DNA of 64,000 bases from Nemertoderma westbladi (lineage: Eukaryota > Animalia > Xenacoelomorpha): the NCBI GenBank assembly GCA_032718475.1, contig JAUCBJ010007635.1, positions 119,926 to 183,925 of the forward strand. The letters run 5' to 3'. Both the position numbers and the translations under genes were made by a program. The notes under the pieces are model-generated. The model was given only the letters and a program-made list of their open reading frames with translations. It had not been told where the DNA came from and searched no databases. Of this stretch, positions 39,401 to 51,857 are shown piece by piece; position 1 is the first letter of the stretch, and the number at the start of each line of letters is the position of its first letter.

Positions 39401-41698
39401 AGGACAGCGGTTAAACTAACTGAGGAACAAACGTTAGAACAACGGTTACACTAACTGAGGAACAAACGTTAGAACAGCGGTTACACTAACTGAGGAACAA
39501 ACGTTAGAACAGCGGTTACACTAACTGAGAACAAACGTTAGAACAACGGTTACACTAACTATGAAACAAAAGTTTGAACAGCGGTTAGACTAACTGAGGA
39601 ACAAATATTAGGACAGCGGTTAAACTAACTGAGGAACAAACGTTAGAACAACAGTTACACTAACTGAGGAACAAACGTTAGAACAGCGGTTACACTAAAT
39701 GAGGAACAAACGTTAGAACAGCGGTTGCACTAACTGAGGAACAAACGTTTGAACAACGGTTACACTAACTGAGGAACAAACGTTAGAACAGCGGTTACAC
39801 TAACTGAAGAACAAACGTTAGAATAGCGGTTACACTAACTGAGGAACAAAAGTTTGAACAGCGGTTAGACTAACTGAGGAACAAAGATTAGGACAGTGGT
39901 TATACTAACTGAGGAACAAACGTTAGAACAGTGGTTACACTAACTGAAGAACAAACGTTAGAACAGCGGTTAAAATAACCGAGTAAAACGTTAGAACAGC
40001 AGTTACACTAACTGAGGAACAAACTTTAGAACAGCGGTTACACTAACTGAGGAACAAACGTTTGAACAGCGGTTACACTAACTGAGGAACAAACGTTTGA
40101 ACAGCGGTTACACTAACTGAGGAACAAACGTTTGAACAGCGGTTACACTAACTGAGGAACAAACATTACAACAGCGGTTACACTAACTGAGAACAAACGT
40201 TAGAACAACGGTTACACTAACTAAGAAACAAAAGTTTGAACTGCGGTTAGACTAACTGAGGAACAAAGATTAGGACAGTGGTTATACTAACTGAGGAATA
40301 AACGTTAGAACAGTGTTACACTAACTGAAGAACAAACGTTAGAACAGCGGTTACACTAACTGAGGAACAAACGTTAGAACAGCGGTTACACTAACTAAGG
40401 AACAAACGTTAGAACAGCGGTTAAACAAACTTAGGAACAAACGTTAGAACAGCGGTTAAAATAACCGAGTAAAACGTTAGAACAGCGGTTACACTAACAG
40501 AGGAACAAACGTTAGAACAGCGGTTAAACAAACTTAGGAACAAACGTTACAACAGCGGTTACACTAACTGAGGAACAAACGTTAGAACAGCGGTTTAACC
40601 GAGTAAAACGTTAGAACAACGGTTACACTAACTGAGGAACAAACGTTAGAACAGCGGTTACACTAACTGAGGAACAAACGTTTGAACAGCGGTTACACTA
40701 ACTGAGGAACAAACGTTTGAACAGCGGTTACACTAACTAAGGAACAAACGTTTTAACAGCAGTTACACTAACTGAGGAACAAACGTTAGAACAGCGGTTA
40801 AAATAACTGAGTAAAACGTTAGAATCACAGTTACACTAACTGAGGAACAAACGTTAGAACAGCGGTTACACTAACTGAGGAACAAACGTTTGAACAACGG
40901 TTAGACTAACTGCGGGACAAACGTTTGAGCAGCGGTTACACTAACTGAGGAACAAACATTAAAACAGCGGTTAAAATAACCGAGTAAAACGTTAGAACAA
41001 CGGTTACACTAACTGAGGAACAAACGTTAGAACAGCGGTTACACTAACTGAGGAACAAACGTTTGAACAGCAGTTACACTAACTAAGGAACAAACGTTTG
41101 AACAGCAGTTACACTAACTGAGGAACAAACGTTAGAACAGCGGTCACACTAACTGAGGAACAAACATTAAAACAGCGGTTAAAATAACCAAGTAAAACGT
41201 TAGAACAACGGTTACACTAACTGAGGAACAAACGTTAGAACAGCGGTTACACTAACTGAGGAACAAACGTTTGAACAGCGGTTACACTAACTGAGGAACA
41301 AACGTTTGAACAGCAGTTACACTAACTAAGGAACAAACGTTTGAACAGCAGTTACACTAACTGAGGAACAAACGTTTGAACAGCGGTCACACTAACTGAG
41401 GAATAAATGTTAGAACAGCTGTTACACTAACTGAGGAAGAAACGTTAGAACAGCGCTTACACTAATTGAGGAACAAACGTTTGAACAGCGGTCACACTAA
41501 CTGAGGAACAAACGTTAGAACAGCTTTTACACTAACTGAGGAACAAACGTTAGAACACCGGTTACACTAACTGAAGAACAAACGTTTGAACAGCGGTTAA
41601 ACTAACTGAGGAACAAAGGTTACGACAGCTGTTAAACTAACTGAGAGACAAACGTTAGAACAGCGGTTACCCTAACTGAGGTACAAACGTTTGAACAG
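21470..41698. repeat. ~20 kb satellite array, 35-bp monomer ACTAACTGAGGAACAAACGTTAGAACAGCGGTTAC, with higher-order repeats
   Basis: Period 35 (roughly 575 units), with recurring 33-34 bp variants such as AAATAACCGAGTAAAACG. The left edge is degenerate. Confidence 0.98.
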
Positions 41699-44600
41699 TG
41701 TTGTGAAGTTGGATGTAGGCTCAGGTCAGTATAATAAGGAATATATCAGTACCGGTAGGTAGGGTCATATATATATATATGTCGCACACACAATAGACAA
41801 CCACCACCACCACACAATATACAATAATACAGTATGAATATTACAACTCTCCTTTGAAGTAAATAATTGATATATATAATGTGTATACATCATCTCCTTT
41901 TTTTTTTAAATAGCAAATATATGGTACCGGCATATATATATGAGTCAAATCGAAAATTAATAACTAAAAAAAAATTTCATAAACTTTCAGGTAGAAAAAT
42001 GCACAGTTTTTCTGAGAGTGCGTGTGCTGCGTCGTGGAACCTCTGTTTTTGGGGATTCAGTATTCTTATTATCATCTGGTATGGGACGTAAAAATCGTCT
42101 GTTACGCCATAAGGTTCTCCCTGAAGGGAATAGGATTCTGTAGTCTCGAGATTGTCCCATGTGGACAATTGTTCCCTTTTTGTCCCAACGTTTGGTGATA
42201 GGATTTTGAACTATTACGGGAGAGCCGGATTCCAGTTTCGTCAATTGTCGTACCGATTTGTCATAATACAACTTAGATTTTTCAATTGTTTTATGTCGCA
42301 CAATATCTGCTTCTTTAGCTGATGTTTGCCACTCTGGTGCAAATGATCTGTAATGTGCTGGCACTCTAGATCTTAATGGATGGCCATAAACAATCTCTGA
42401 AGGTGATCTTCCATCGCTACCTGGTGTGTTTCGCAATTCTAATAATCCCCTCAGGAATTCATCAGAAGTAATATCTTTGTTATTAACTTTTGCAACTAAG
42501 TTTTTAAGAGATTTCACCATGACCTCAGCGTGTCCATTTGATTGCAGATTATATGGAGTAGATGGCACCCATATTACACCCCATAATTTTAAAAAATCTT
42601 GAAACTCTTTCGATTTGAATTGCGGGCCACCATCTGAACGTAAACGTGTGGGTACACCAGTATTGACAAAAAATTGGCGGATTTGGTTGATTATTTGTGT
42701 ACTGTTTGGATCATCTTTCCACCTTGCAATAAATGGAAAATTGGAGAGTCGATCTGAGTAAACTAAGTAACTATTCCCAGCATATGAAAACAAATCGGTT
42801 GAGACTGATTCGAAAATGCGCGTCGGTAAAGTGTCGATCACCATGGGTTCCTTAGGATTGCTGGGTAGACGGAATTGACATTGTTCGCAGGATTGCACAG
42901 CATTGGTTAAATCGCTATCAATTCCGGGCCAAAATACGGATTGGCGGGCGCGTCGTTTAGTTCTTTCTATTCCCTGATGGGAATCATGAAGTCGCGAAAT
43001 TATTTCTTTCCTTTTGGAGAATGGGATTACTAGACGGCATCCGAATAGGATTAATTTATTATCTGTAACTAATTTATCCCAGATTTTCTTAAATTGTTGC
43101 ACAAATGGGTTAAGTTTGTTTTCATTTTGGAACCCAGATTCTATGGCATTGACCAGTATTTGATAATTTTCATCTTCTAATGCTACATTTCGAATTTCTT
43201 CAACTATGGGGTCGATCAGCTGTTGTTTTATTGTAATTTCTTGATTATCTGATAATATATAACTGGCACAGTTAGAAACAACTGAATTTAGAGTGCATAT
43301 CACTTCCTCACCACTTTCTGGTTCTGGTTTTTCAATTGGAGCTCGACTTAAGGCATCAGGGATACTATGATCTTTACCTTTTCTCCATATTACTTTAAAT
43401 TGATAATTGTTTAATTTCATTTTGTAACTTTGCACTCTTACATTCTCTATCATATCCAATGTATATTGATTAAACATAGTAATTAAAGGTCGGTGGTCTG
43501 TAATTACCACATATTCTAGCAAACCTGACAAATATAGGTGGCATTTCTTCGTTGCCCAAAAAATGGCTAACGCTTCTAATTCAATTACAGCATATCTCGA
43601 CTCTGTCTCTCCCAGAAATCGTGATCCACACTGTATTAGGCGCCATTTTTCATCTTGTTTTTGCAGCAATGCATATCCTAAGCCATGTATGCGCGAAGCA
43701 TCAGTATGGAGTGCAGTTTCTGCTTTAGGATCAAATGTACTAAGAATTGGTGGGGATGCTAAAACTTGTTTCACATTATCAAACGCAACTTGGTGGTTTG
43801 TTGTCCATATAAACTCATTTTTGGTTTTAAGGATATCTCTCAATGGAGTAGTGGCTTTACTTATTTCATCTGAGAATTGTCCAAGTTGCTGCACTAAACC
43901 CATAAAAGATCTAAGGTCTGTCCTAGATATTGGTGTAGGAAATTCACAAATTGCTTTCACTTTATCAGGGTCAGCTTTTACTCCTTGGTCAGAAACAATA
44001 AAACCAGCAAATTTGACCGATGATTTGGCAAAGTTAAATTTATCTCTGTTTAATGTAATGCTATATTTAGCACATCGCTCTAATGTTTGGCAAACACGAT
44101 CTACATGATCAATAAAGTTCTCATCTTCAATAAGGATATCGTCAACTATTTTATGAATGTTTGGGAGATTAGAAAATGCAAGGTCACCACGTAGACTATA
44201 CGAATCTCCAGTATGAATAAATCCCATTGGAGATCTCAAATATATGTAGCGCCCCCATGGAGTTAGAAAACAGGTTAGATCCTGTGAGTTTTTATCAAGT
44301 GGCATTTGCCAATAACCTTTTTTTGCGTCCAGTGTAGAGAAAAGTTTTGAATTTGGAGTTATATTTCTCACAACTTCATTAGGTGTCTGAATTGGATGAA
44401 TTATTCTTTTAACTTGACTATTTAAGTGGGTTAGATCAACACACATTCTTATTTTACCATTAGGATAATGTACCACCACTAAGGGGTGGCACCATTCAGT
44501 TGGACGATCACCAACTGGAGCAATAATACCCTTGTTAACCAGACTTTCAAGTTCCTGTTTAACTTTATCTCTATGGATAAAAGGAATTGGTCTCGCCCCA

Positions 44601-46921
44601 TGAATTGCATAAGGTTTCGCGTTATCTATTAATTCAATTTTCATGGGTTCTCCGATTTCTGGACCCGACATTGACATTAATTTATCATCGGTGTCGAAAA
44701 CACTACTATATAACTCCAATAATTTATTGCGGATTTCTGTTTTTTGCAATTCACTGGGCAGTTTAGGTAATGAATTGCAAAATTCTCTCCGTTTCAGTTC
44801 AGACATTAAAGGATAATTTGATCCGGTTTCTACAGCAGAAATTTCTGTACCGGTATCGTTATGTAAAGGTGGTGGGTTGGGAAAATTATGAGAAACAATT
44901 TCCAGTCCCTTACATGCATCCAAAGATAAATAAGTACGTGGAATATTCTTGCAAATCACTACATTTTCCATTATTTTCCGGCCACATAATTCCATACACA
45001 GTTTAATTTGGCCTATCTGATGTATAATATTACCATTAATACTTACGAGTTTGTCTTTAGATGTTGCCATGAGGTCTTCGACTGTTAGATCCATGGCAGT
45101 AATTAAATCTCGGTTTGCCACGGTTCGCTGTGATCCAGTATCAGGAACAGCAGAAACTTGTGCGAGAAACTCATTTGTAATGGGGTCAGTTATTCTCATG
45201 GAAACAGTGGGTGAACTCAAACTGTTATTGACTGTAGCCACATATACAGCATTATTCCTTGTTGTTTGTTCTGAATCCCTCATATTTCCCTGCTTAATTG
45301 ACATATTACTATGGCAGACTCTGGCGAAGTGGTTATTTTTCCCGCACCGCCCACATTGTTGATTCTTGGCGGGACACTCATCACGATTTTTGTGTCTGAA
45401 ATGACCACATTTAAAGCAGTTTCCATGATCTGTTCCCCCTCGTTGTTGTCTATATCTGGAGGTTGAGTAGCTCCTGCCACTACAATACCCCCTACGATCC
45501 CAGCTGCCTCGCCCGTACCCCCGGCGATCCCAGCTGCCGCCACTGCGACCTCGCCTTTGGTTGTAATTACCAGTCTGTCCTTGGTTAGGGCTTGAAAGTC
45601 TGTGTTCCTTATAAGGGGTACGTGAACGATTATTTGCAGCGATTGTAGATATAGATAACCGTTGTTTGCTTATGCGATCACGATCCCGACGTGCTGCTTC
45701 CTCGCTACGACAAAATTTAACTGTTTCAGTGTGAGATAGATGTGGGCGTTTCCCCAACAAATCTTGCCGTACTTCCTCGTCTAGTATGCCTACAGTGATT
45801 AGTGTACACATCCAGTCGTCTTTAGTCATCAACTCTAAACCTGCTGTAAAACCTGCTTCACAAAGCCGTGTGTAATAAGAATCAAAATTTTCACCCTCCT
45901 GCTGTCTGCATAAAATCATCTGAAGTCTATCAAAAGCAATATTTTGTTTCTCTCGTAAATATGTTTCAATTTCTGTGGATATTTCATCCAAAGTTAAGTT
46001 AGTGTTTTGGGGTATGTTAATAGCATGTTCCATTAATGCTAAAAGAGAGGGCGAACAACACTGCATAAATGCTGAAACTTGTTCTCTACGAGGTTGATTA
46101 GATAAATGTATCATTGTGGTATAATTGCACCACGATTTTTGCCAGTTGCAGAACTGTTTCAATGTAACATTTTCATCTAAAGTTGGCGGTTGTTTTACAC
46201 TTGGCCTTGGTGTATTTTCTAACTTTGGAATGGGCGGTACCGGTACCGGTACAGTATTTGGGTCTACAGCCTGAAATAGGCCAACCGGCAAACATTCATT
46301 GTCTATCTGGGTTATTTCCAGGCGAATTTGATCGACTGTATCGACTACAGAATTATATATAGATTCTTCAGTTTCATATAGGCCTACACCGGTAACTTCG
46401 TCATCAAACTTTAATAATTCCATCAAGGAATCCTCTACTGCTTGACTGGCTGTTTCTAATTCCTGGTAAGTTTGTTTTAACCGACTCACCGAATCTGGAG
46501 ATCGCTGTTTAGGATCGGTATGTAGTAGATTGTCCAAGATGGACCGGCAGGAATTCATTTTCCGGGTTAAATTCGCCTTGAATCCCCCATGTCGTCGTCT
46601 GGCCGTTTGTACCGCTGTCGTCGACATTATTTCAGTATTTATGGATCAGCAAATAATTAATTATTTTAAGTACGGTAGGCCGACAGTTTTATTTATTTAT
46701 TTAAGTAGGCATTGCAGCATCAGGTGTCTGACAGTGCAGTACAGTGCTGCTTTCTGATCCTACTCGCAGCGCCATGTTGTGAAGTTGGATGTAGGCTCAG
46801 GTCAGTATAATAAGGAATATATCAGTACCGGTAGGTAGGGTCATATATATATATATGTCGCACACACAATAGACAACCACCACCACCACACAATATACAA
46901 TAATACAGTATGAATATTACA
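41699..46921 (-). mobile_element. Full-length Ty3/Gypsy LTR retrotransposon (Mag-like), apparently intact
   Basis: 147-bp LTRs at 41699-41845 and 46775-46921 appear identical (TG..CA). TSD AACAG at 41694-41698 and 46922-46926. PBS TGGCGCTGCGAGTAGG (tRNA-Ser-like) and PPT AAAGGAGAG on the minus strand. Confidence 0.97.
41987..46627 (-). CDS. gag-pol: Gag-Pol polyprotein (Gag, PR, RT, RNase H, IN)
   Basis: Two knuckles CFKCGHFRH..C / CGRCGKNNHFARVC; protease DTG; RT LDAKKGYWQ and IVDD; RNase H TDAS, ELE, TDHRPL; integrase HHCC, STDLF, SDGGPQF, SNGHAE. Gypsy domain order. Confidence 0.97.
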   Translation of the reverse strand: MSTTAVQTARRRHGGFKANLTRKMNSCRSILDNLLHTDPKQRSPDSVSRLKQTYQELETASQAVEDSLMELLKFDDEVTGVGLYETEESIYNSVVDTVDQIRLEITQIDNECLPVGLFQAVDPNTVPVPVPPIPKLENTPRPSVKQPPTLDENVTLKQFCNWQKSWCNYTTMIHLSNQPRREQVSAFMQCCSPSLLALMEHAINIPQNTNLTLDEISTEIETYLREKQNIAFDRLQMILCRQQEGENFDSYYTRLCEAGFTAGLELMTKDDWMCTLITVGILDEEVRQDLLGKRPHLSHTETVKFCRSEEAARRDRDRISKQRLSISTIAANNRSRTPYKEHRLSSPNQGQTGNYNQRRGRSGGSWDRRGYGRGSWDRRGYCSGRSYSTSRYRQQRGGTDHGNCFKCGHFRHKNRDECPAKNQQCGRCGKNNHFARVCHSNMSIKQGNMRDSEQTTRNNAVYVATVNNSLSSPTVSMRITDPITNEFLAQVSAVPDTGSQRTVANRDLITAMDLTVEDLMATSKDKLVSINGNIIHQIGQIKLCMELCGRKIMENVVICKNIPRTYLSLDACKGLEIVSHNFPNPPPLHNDTGTEISAVETGSNYPLMSELKRREFCNSLPKLPSELQKTEIRNKLLELYSSVFDTDDKLMSMSGPEIGEPMKIELIDNAKPYAIHGARPIPFIHRDKVKQELESLVNKGIIAPVGDRPTEWCHPLVVVHYPNGKIRMCVDLTHLNSQVKRIIHPIQTPNEVVRNITPNSKLFSTLDAKKGYWQMPLDKNSQDLTCFLTPWGRYIYLRSPMGFIHTGDSYSLRGDLAFSNLPNIHKIVDDILIEDENFIDHVDRVCQTLERCAKYSITLNRDKFNFAKSSVKFAGFIVSDQGVKADPDKVKAICEFPTPISRTDLRSFMGLVQQLGQFSDEISKATTPLRDILKTKNEFIWTTNHQVAFDNVKQVLASPPILSTFDPKAETALHTDASRIHGLGYALLQKQDEKWRLIQCGSRFLGETESRYAVIELEALAIFWATKKCHLYLSGLLEYVVITDHRPLITMFNQYTLDMIENVRVQSYKMKLNNYQFKVIWRKGKDHSIPDALSRAPIEKPEPESGEEVICTLNSVVSNCASYILSDNQEITIKQQLIDPIVEEIRNVALEDENYQILVNAIESGFQNENKLNPFVQQFKKIWDKLVTDNKLILFGCRLVIPFSKRKEIISRLHDSHQGIERTKRRARQSVFWPGIDSDLTNAVQSCEQCQFRLPSNPKEPMVIDTLPTRIFESVSTDLFSYAGNSYLVYSDRLSNFPFIARWKDDPNSTQIINQIRQFFVNTGVPTRLRSDGGPQFKSKEFQDFLKLWGVIWVPSTPYNLQSNGHAEVMVKSLKNLVAKVNNKDITSDEFLRGLLELRNTPGSDGRSPSEIVYGHPLRSRVPAHYRSFAPEWQTSAKEADIVRHKTIEKSKLYYDKSVRQLTKLESGSPVIVQNPITKRWDKKGTIVHMGQSRDYRILFPSGRTLWRNRRFLRPIPDDNKNTESPKTEVPRRSTRTLRKTVHFST

Positions 46922-47070
46922 AACAGCAGTTAAATTAACTGAGGAACATAGGTTACGTCAGCCGTTAAAATAATTGATGGACAAAGTTTAGTTAAGAGAT
47001 ATCGGTTACAGTAATTGGGAAAAAAAACTTAGCAGACAGCGGTTAAATTATATGAGGAACAATGGTTAGA
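46922..47070. repeat. Degenerate right end of the 35-bp satellite
   Basis: AACAGCAGTTAAATTAACTGAGGAACA... resumes in register after the Gypsy TSD. Confidence 0.85.
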
Positions 47071-47960
47071 GCATCGAATCTTAGGAATTTAATTTTAAAA
47101 ATATTTACAATATAGCTTCATTAATTAAATTAATAAAGGCGTTCCTGGTTTGACTGGGCTGCATATTATTTCAACTATCCGGTAAAAGTGGCGGCCAGTG
47201 GTAAGATTAAACAAAGCTATGAAACTGAATCGACAAACGTTCCCTTAAATTTGCTCGAATCTTCAACGAAAATCTCGAAAACTTCTTAGTGCGGGGGAGA
47301 ATGAGTAAAAACAAATTATTAAAACTTTAACAAATTTATCTAAAGTAAAGCTTTTCGAAATAATTTTACGTCCTTTTATACAAATGTTCTTAATCAACTT
47401 CGTAATCAATCAGCTGTTTATAAAAATTTAAAAAACATAAAAACTCAATTTGTCGGTGGTACGAGCAATGCATTATAGGATGGATACTAATGTATTTCGT
47501 CGAATTTATAATTGACAATACGATGAATCAACACTTTACTCCATTCTTAAACAAACATTGCAAAACAATATTATAACACATAGAAAAACGGAATGCACAC
47601 AATATACTATCCAATAGGAAATCTAACATTATTATAACCACCAATAAAAATGCGCAACTAATTAATCAACATTTTACAATTTTAGAGACACATTTACAGA
47701 TATTGACATGTTCAATTAATATGAAATTACATGACTCTTCTAAGAAACTGCCTCAGCTTTGCCGGACATTAGTTTCGACTGCTAGGAACACGAATTGGAT
47801 AATCTTCTGGATTGTATACTTCAAGGAGGAAATAAAAGAGGTAAACAATATATAACTTTCCTGAAACACATCTTAAAGAACACCGGAAATTTAACAATAC
47901 AAAATGATATAAGTAATCTCATCGGTGATACGGATTTCTGGCGGCGCAATTTTATCGACA

Positions 47961-48455
47961 AGACAACATAACTTAAGGGGAATATAACGTCCCAGACAAC
48001 ATAACTTAAGGGGAATATAACGTCCCAGACAACATAACTTAAGGGGAATATAACGTCCCAGACAACATAACTTAAGGGGAATATAACGTCCCAGACAACA
48101 TAACTTAAGGGGAATATAACGTCCCAGACAACATAACTTAAGGGGAATATAACGTCCCAGACAACATAACTTAAGGGGAATATAACGTCCCAGACAACAT
48201 AACTTAAGGGGAATATAACGTCCCAGACAACATAACTTAAGGGGAATATAACGTCCCAGACAACATAACTTAAGGGGAATATAACGTCCCAGACAACATA
48301 ACTTAAGGGGAATATAACGTCCCAGACAACATAACTTAAGGGGAATATAACGTCCCAGACAACATAACTTAAGGGGAATATAACGTCCCAGACAACATAA
48401 CTTAAGGGGAATATAACGTCCCAGACAACATAACTTAAGGGGAATATAACGTCCC
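47961..48455. repeat. 15 identical tandem copies of a 33-bp unit AGACAACATAACTTAAGGGGAATATAACGTCCC
   Basis: Exact period 33; no variants seen. Confidence 0.97.
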
Positions 48456-48644
48456 AGTTTCAAAAAATTAAAAAATTTTTTTTAATTGACTCGAAATAAA
48501 ATTTTTTCGTTGATTTTCATAATGAAAAACGTTTTGCAATAGCTTCTCTGGTTCTCAAGATATGAGGAGACCCTAACAACCTTCTAACACACAGCAGATT
48601 TTATAATTTTCTAGTGTAGATAATTACTCCTGTTACTACCGGTG

Positions 48645-48715
48645 GTTGACATAGCTCAGTTGGTAGAGCGTTGACTCTGTAAACTATAGTTTGTAAGATC
48701 AGATTCTTAGTAAAG
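48645..48715 (+). pseudogene. Decayed tRNA-like / SINE head fragment
   Basis: TAGCTCAGTTGGTAGAGC D-arm/A-box is present; the T-arm/B-box is degraded. Confidence 0.45.
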
Positions 48716-49885
48716 GAAAGGATATTTAAAATTTTGTAATAAATCTTATTTGATATTTTAAATGTACCGTCCACATATAGGAAAATATTTATATTTTTAA
48801 ATTTCCCACCAAATATATATAATAAATAAATGGGTTTTCTCAGTTTCACATTTTTTTCACATCAAACTTCAAAGGCTCCACTATTAGTGTAACAATTTAC
48901 TTGAAACTTAACCAATATGTTTAGAAATTTACGTGGGTCAATTAATACAAAAAATTTCATGTTAATAAAGGTAGGTTCTAGTTATCTACATTCAAATGTC
49001 ATAAAACACGTTTTTTTCGAAATTTTTTTTAAAAAATAAGTAAATTTTTAAAAAAAATCATTCAATGACATAGTTTGGTGTACATCTTGTTACGAAATGA
49101 CGCAGGTGTTACTCCGAACATATTTTTAAATATTCAACTCAAATGTGTTACCCGGTGCAGACAAGTATAATTTTTAATGTTTTTCGTTTAGATTAAAATT
49201 TCGCACCAAAAAATAAAATAAAAAAAATTTTTAATATCACAAACATTACGTTACCGAATTACACAAAAAGACTAGCCTTTTTTTGATTTTTTTTTAAGTA
49301 AAAGTTCTGCAAATTATTAAATTAGTTTTTAATTTTAACTAAACAAATTGCACATAAGTAAAAAAAATAATAATTACAAACCATATCGTTACGGAATTTC
49401 GTGCGAATTTGCGAAGTAATTGAACTAGGATAATTGTTTTTGTTATATACATAGAACACCATGGCCGGAGTGTCATAATTAATTGACACGACCCCCTGCC
49501 AATTTTTTTACAAGTCTTAATGACATTGATTGAATTTTGAAAGAGAGAGGATTTCATTTCCGGAACACTTAGTGGGAGAGCCGACGTTTTTATTTTTGCT
49601 TTCAATCTTTACCTACAAGTGTTTAAAAAAAGAGTCGCCGGAGATATTGCACCAGTTACACTGCAGCTATTTCCCAACCAAATTCAAATGTTTTTACATC
49701 ATTAGAATCCTTGCACAAGCAGCATTAAATCAGCACCAACAAATCACTGTAAGGTTGAAGAATAACTGCGGTGGAACTGGTGCAATATGGGTCGCTTCAT
49801 TGAAGTACAACAATATATTCCGCACACATATTCTATACAAATGGTAATTTAATACAATAATTTTAATACCAACGTTTAAGGTTAA

Positions 49886-51857
49886 TCTGTGTACCAGTCT
49901 AAACCAACACTACCATCTCGTATTATACCAGTCTACACCAACTCTAACGTCTCGCAGTGTACAAGTCTACACCAATATGAATGTATCGCATTGTACCAGT
50001 CTACACCAACACTAACATCAAGCTGTGTAGCAATATACACCAACAATAACGTCAAACATTGTGCCAGTCTACACCAAAACTAACATCTCGTATTGTTCCA
50101 GTCTACACCAACACCAACGTCTCGTTGTGTACAAGTCTACACCAATATTAATCTATCGCAGTGTACCAGTCTACACCAACACTAACGTCACGCAGTGTAG
50201 CAGTCTACACCAACACTAACGTCACGCAGTGTACCAGTCTACATCAACACTAACGTCTCGAAGTGTACCAGTCAACATCAACACTAAAGACTTGCAGTGT
50301 ACCAGTCTACACCAACACTAAGGTCTTGAAGTGTAACAGTCTACACCAACACTAACATCTCTCAGTGTACCAGTCTACACCAACACTAACGTCTCTCACT
50401 GTACCAGTCTACACCAACACTAACGTTTCGAAGTGTACAAGTCTACACTAACATTAACGTGTTGAACTGTACCAGTCTACATCAACATTAACGTCTCGTT
50501 GTGTACCAGTCTACGCCAACACTAAGGTCTTGAAGTGTACCAGTCTACACCAACACTAACGTCTCTCAGTGTACCAGTCTAAACCAACACTAACGTCTCT
50601 CAGTGTACCAGTCTAAACCAACACTAACGTCTCTCACTGTACCAGTCTACGCCAACGCTAAGGTCTTGAAGTGTACCAGTCTACACCAACACTAACGTCT
50701 CTCAGTGTACCAGTCTACACTAACACTAACGTCTCTCAGTGTACCAGTCTACACCAACACTAGTAACGTCTCTCACTGTACCAGTCTACACCAACACTAA
50801 CGTCTCGAAGCGTACCAGTCTACACCAACGCTAACGTCTTTCAGTGTACCAGTCTACACCAACAGTTACGTCTCGAAGTGTACCAGTCTACACCAACACT
50901 AACGTCTCTCAGTGTACCAGTCTACACCAACACAAACGTCTCTCAGTGTACCAGTCTACACCAACACTAACGTCTCTCAGTGTACCAGTCTACACCAACA
51001 GTTACGTCTCGAAGTGTACCAGTCTACACCAACACTAACGTCTCTCAGTGTACCAGTCTACACCAACACTAACGTCTCTCAGTGTACCACTCTACACCAA
51101 CACTAACGTCTCGAAGTGTACCAGTCTACAACAACACTAACGTCTCTCACTGTACCAGTCTACACCAACACTAACGTCTCTCAGTGTACCAGTCTACACC
51201 AACACAAACGTCTCTCAGTGTACCAGTCTACACCAACACTATCGTCTCTCACTGTACCAGTCTACACCAACACTAACGTCTCTCAGTGTACCAGTCTACA
51301 ACAACACTAACGTCTCTCACTGTACCAGTCTACACCAACACTAACGTCTCTCAGTGTACCAGTCTACACCAACACTAACGTCTCTCAGTGTACCAGTCTA
51401 CATCAACATTATCGTCTCGAAGTGTACCAGTCTACACCAACACTAACGTCTCTCACTGTACCAGTCTACACCAACACTAACGTCTCTCAGTGTACCAGTC
51501 TACATCAACATTAACGTCTCGAAGTGTACCAGTCTACACCAACACAAACGTCTCTCACTGTACCAGTCTACACTAACACTAAAGTCTCTCAGTGTACCAG
51601 TCTACACCAACACTAACGTCTCTCAGTGTACCAGTCTACATCAACATTAACGGCTCGAAGTGTACCAGTCTACACCAACACTAACGTCTCTCACTGTACC
51701 AGTCTACACCAACACTAACGTCTCTCAGTGTACCATTCTACATCAACATTAACGTCTCGAAGTGTACCAGTCTACACCAACACTAACGTCTCGAAGTGTA
51801 CCAGTCTACACCAACACTAACGTCTCTCACTGTACCAGTCTACACCAACACTAACGT
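49886..51857. repeat. ~2 kb tandem array, 34-bp monomer GTGTACCAGTCTACACCAACACTAACGTCTCTCA
   Basis: About 58 units, diverged on the left and more homogeneous on the right. Confidence 0.97.

Noticed and set aside
21470-41698. 35-bp repeats as a CRISPR array
   Set aside because: Units are head-to-tail with no unique spacers, there are no cas genes, and the context is eukaryotic. The same applies to the 33-, 34- and 77-bp arrays.
43563-46757. Plus-strand ORFs within the Gypsy element
   Set aside because: Antisense to gag-pol with no independent evidence.
47891-48463. 190-aa ORF (LGRYIPLKLCC)n
   Set aside because: By-product of a 33-bp tandem repeat with one stop-free frame.
48645-48715. Functional tRNA gene
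   Set aside because: No intact T-arm/B-box or acceptor stem. The 12570 tRNA-like sequence is likewise a SINE head.
49889-51310. Several 64-aa MYQSTPT ORFs
   Set aside because: Translations of the 34-bp array.
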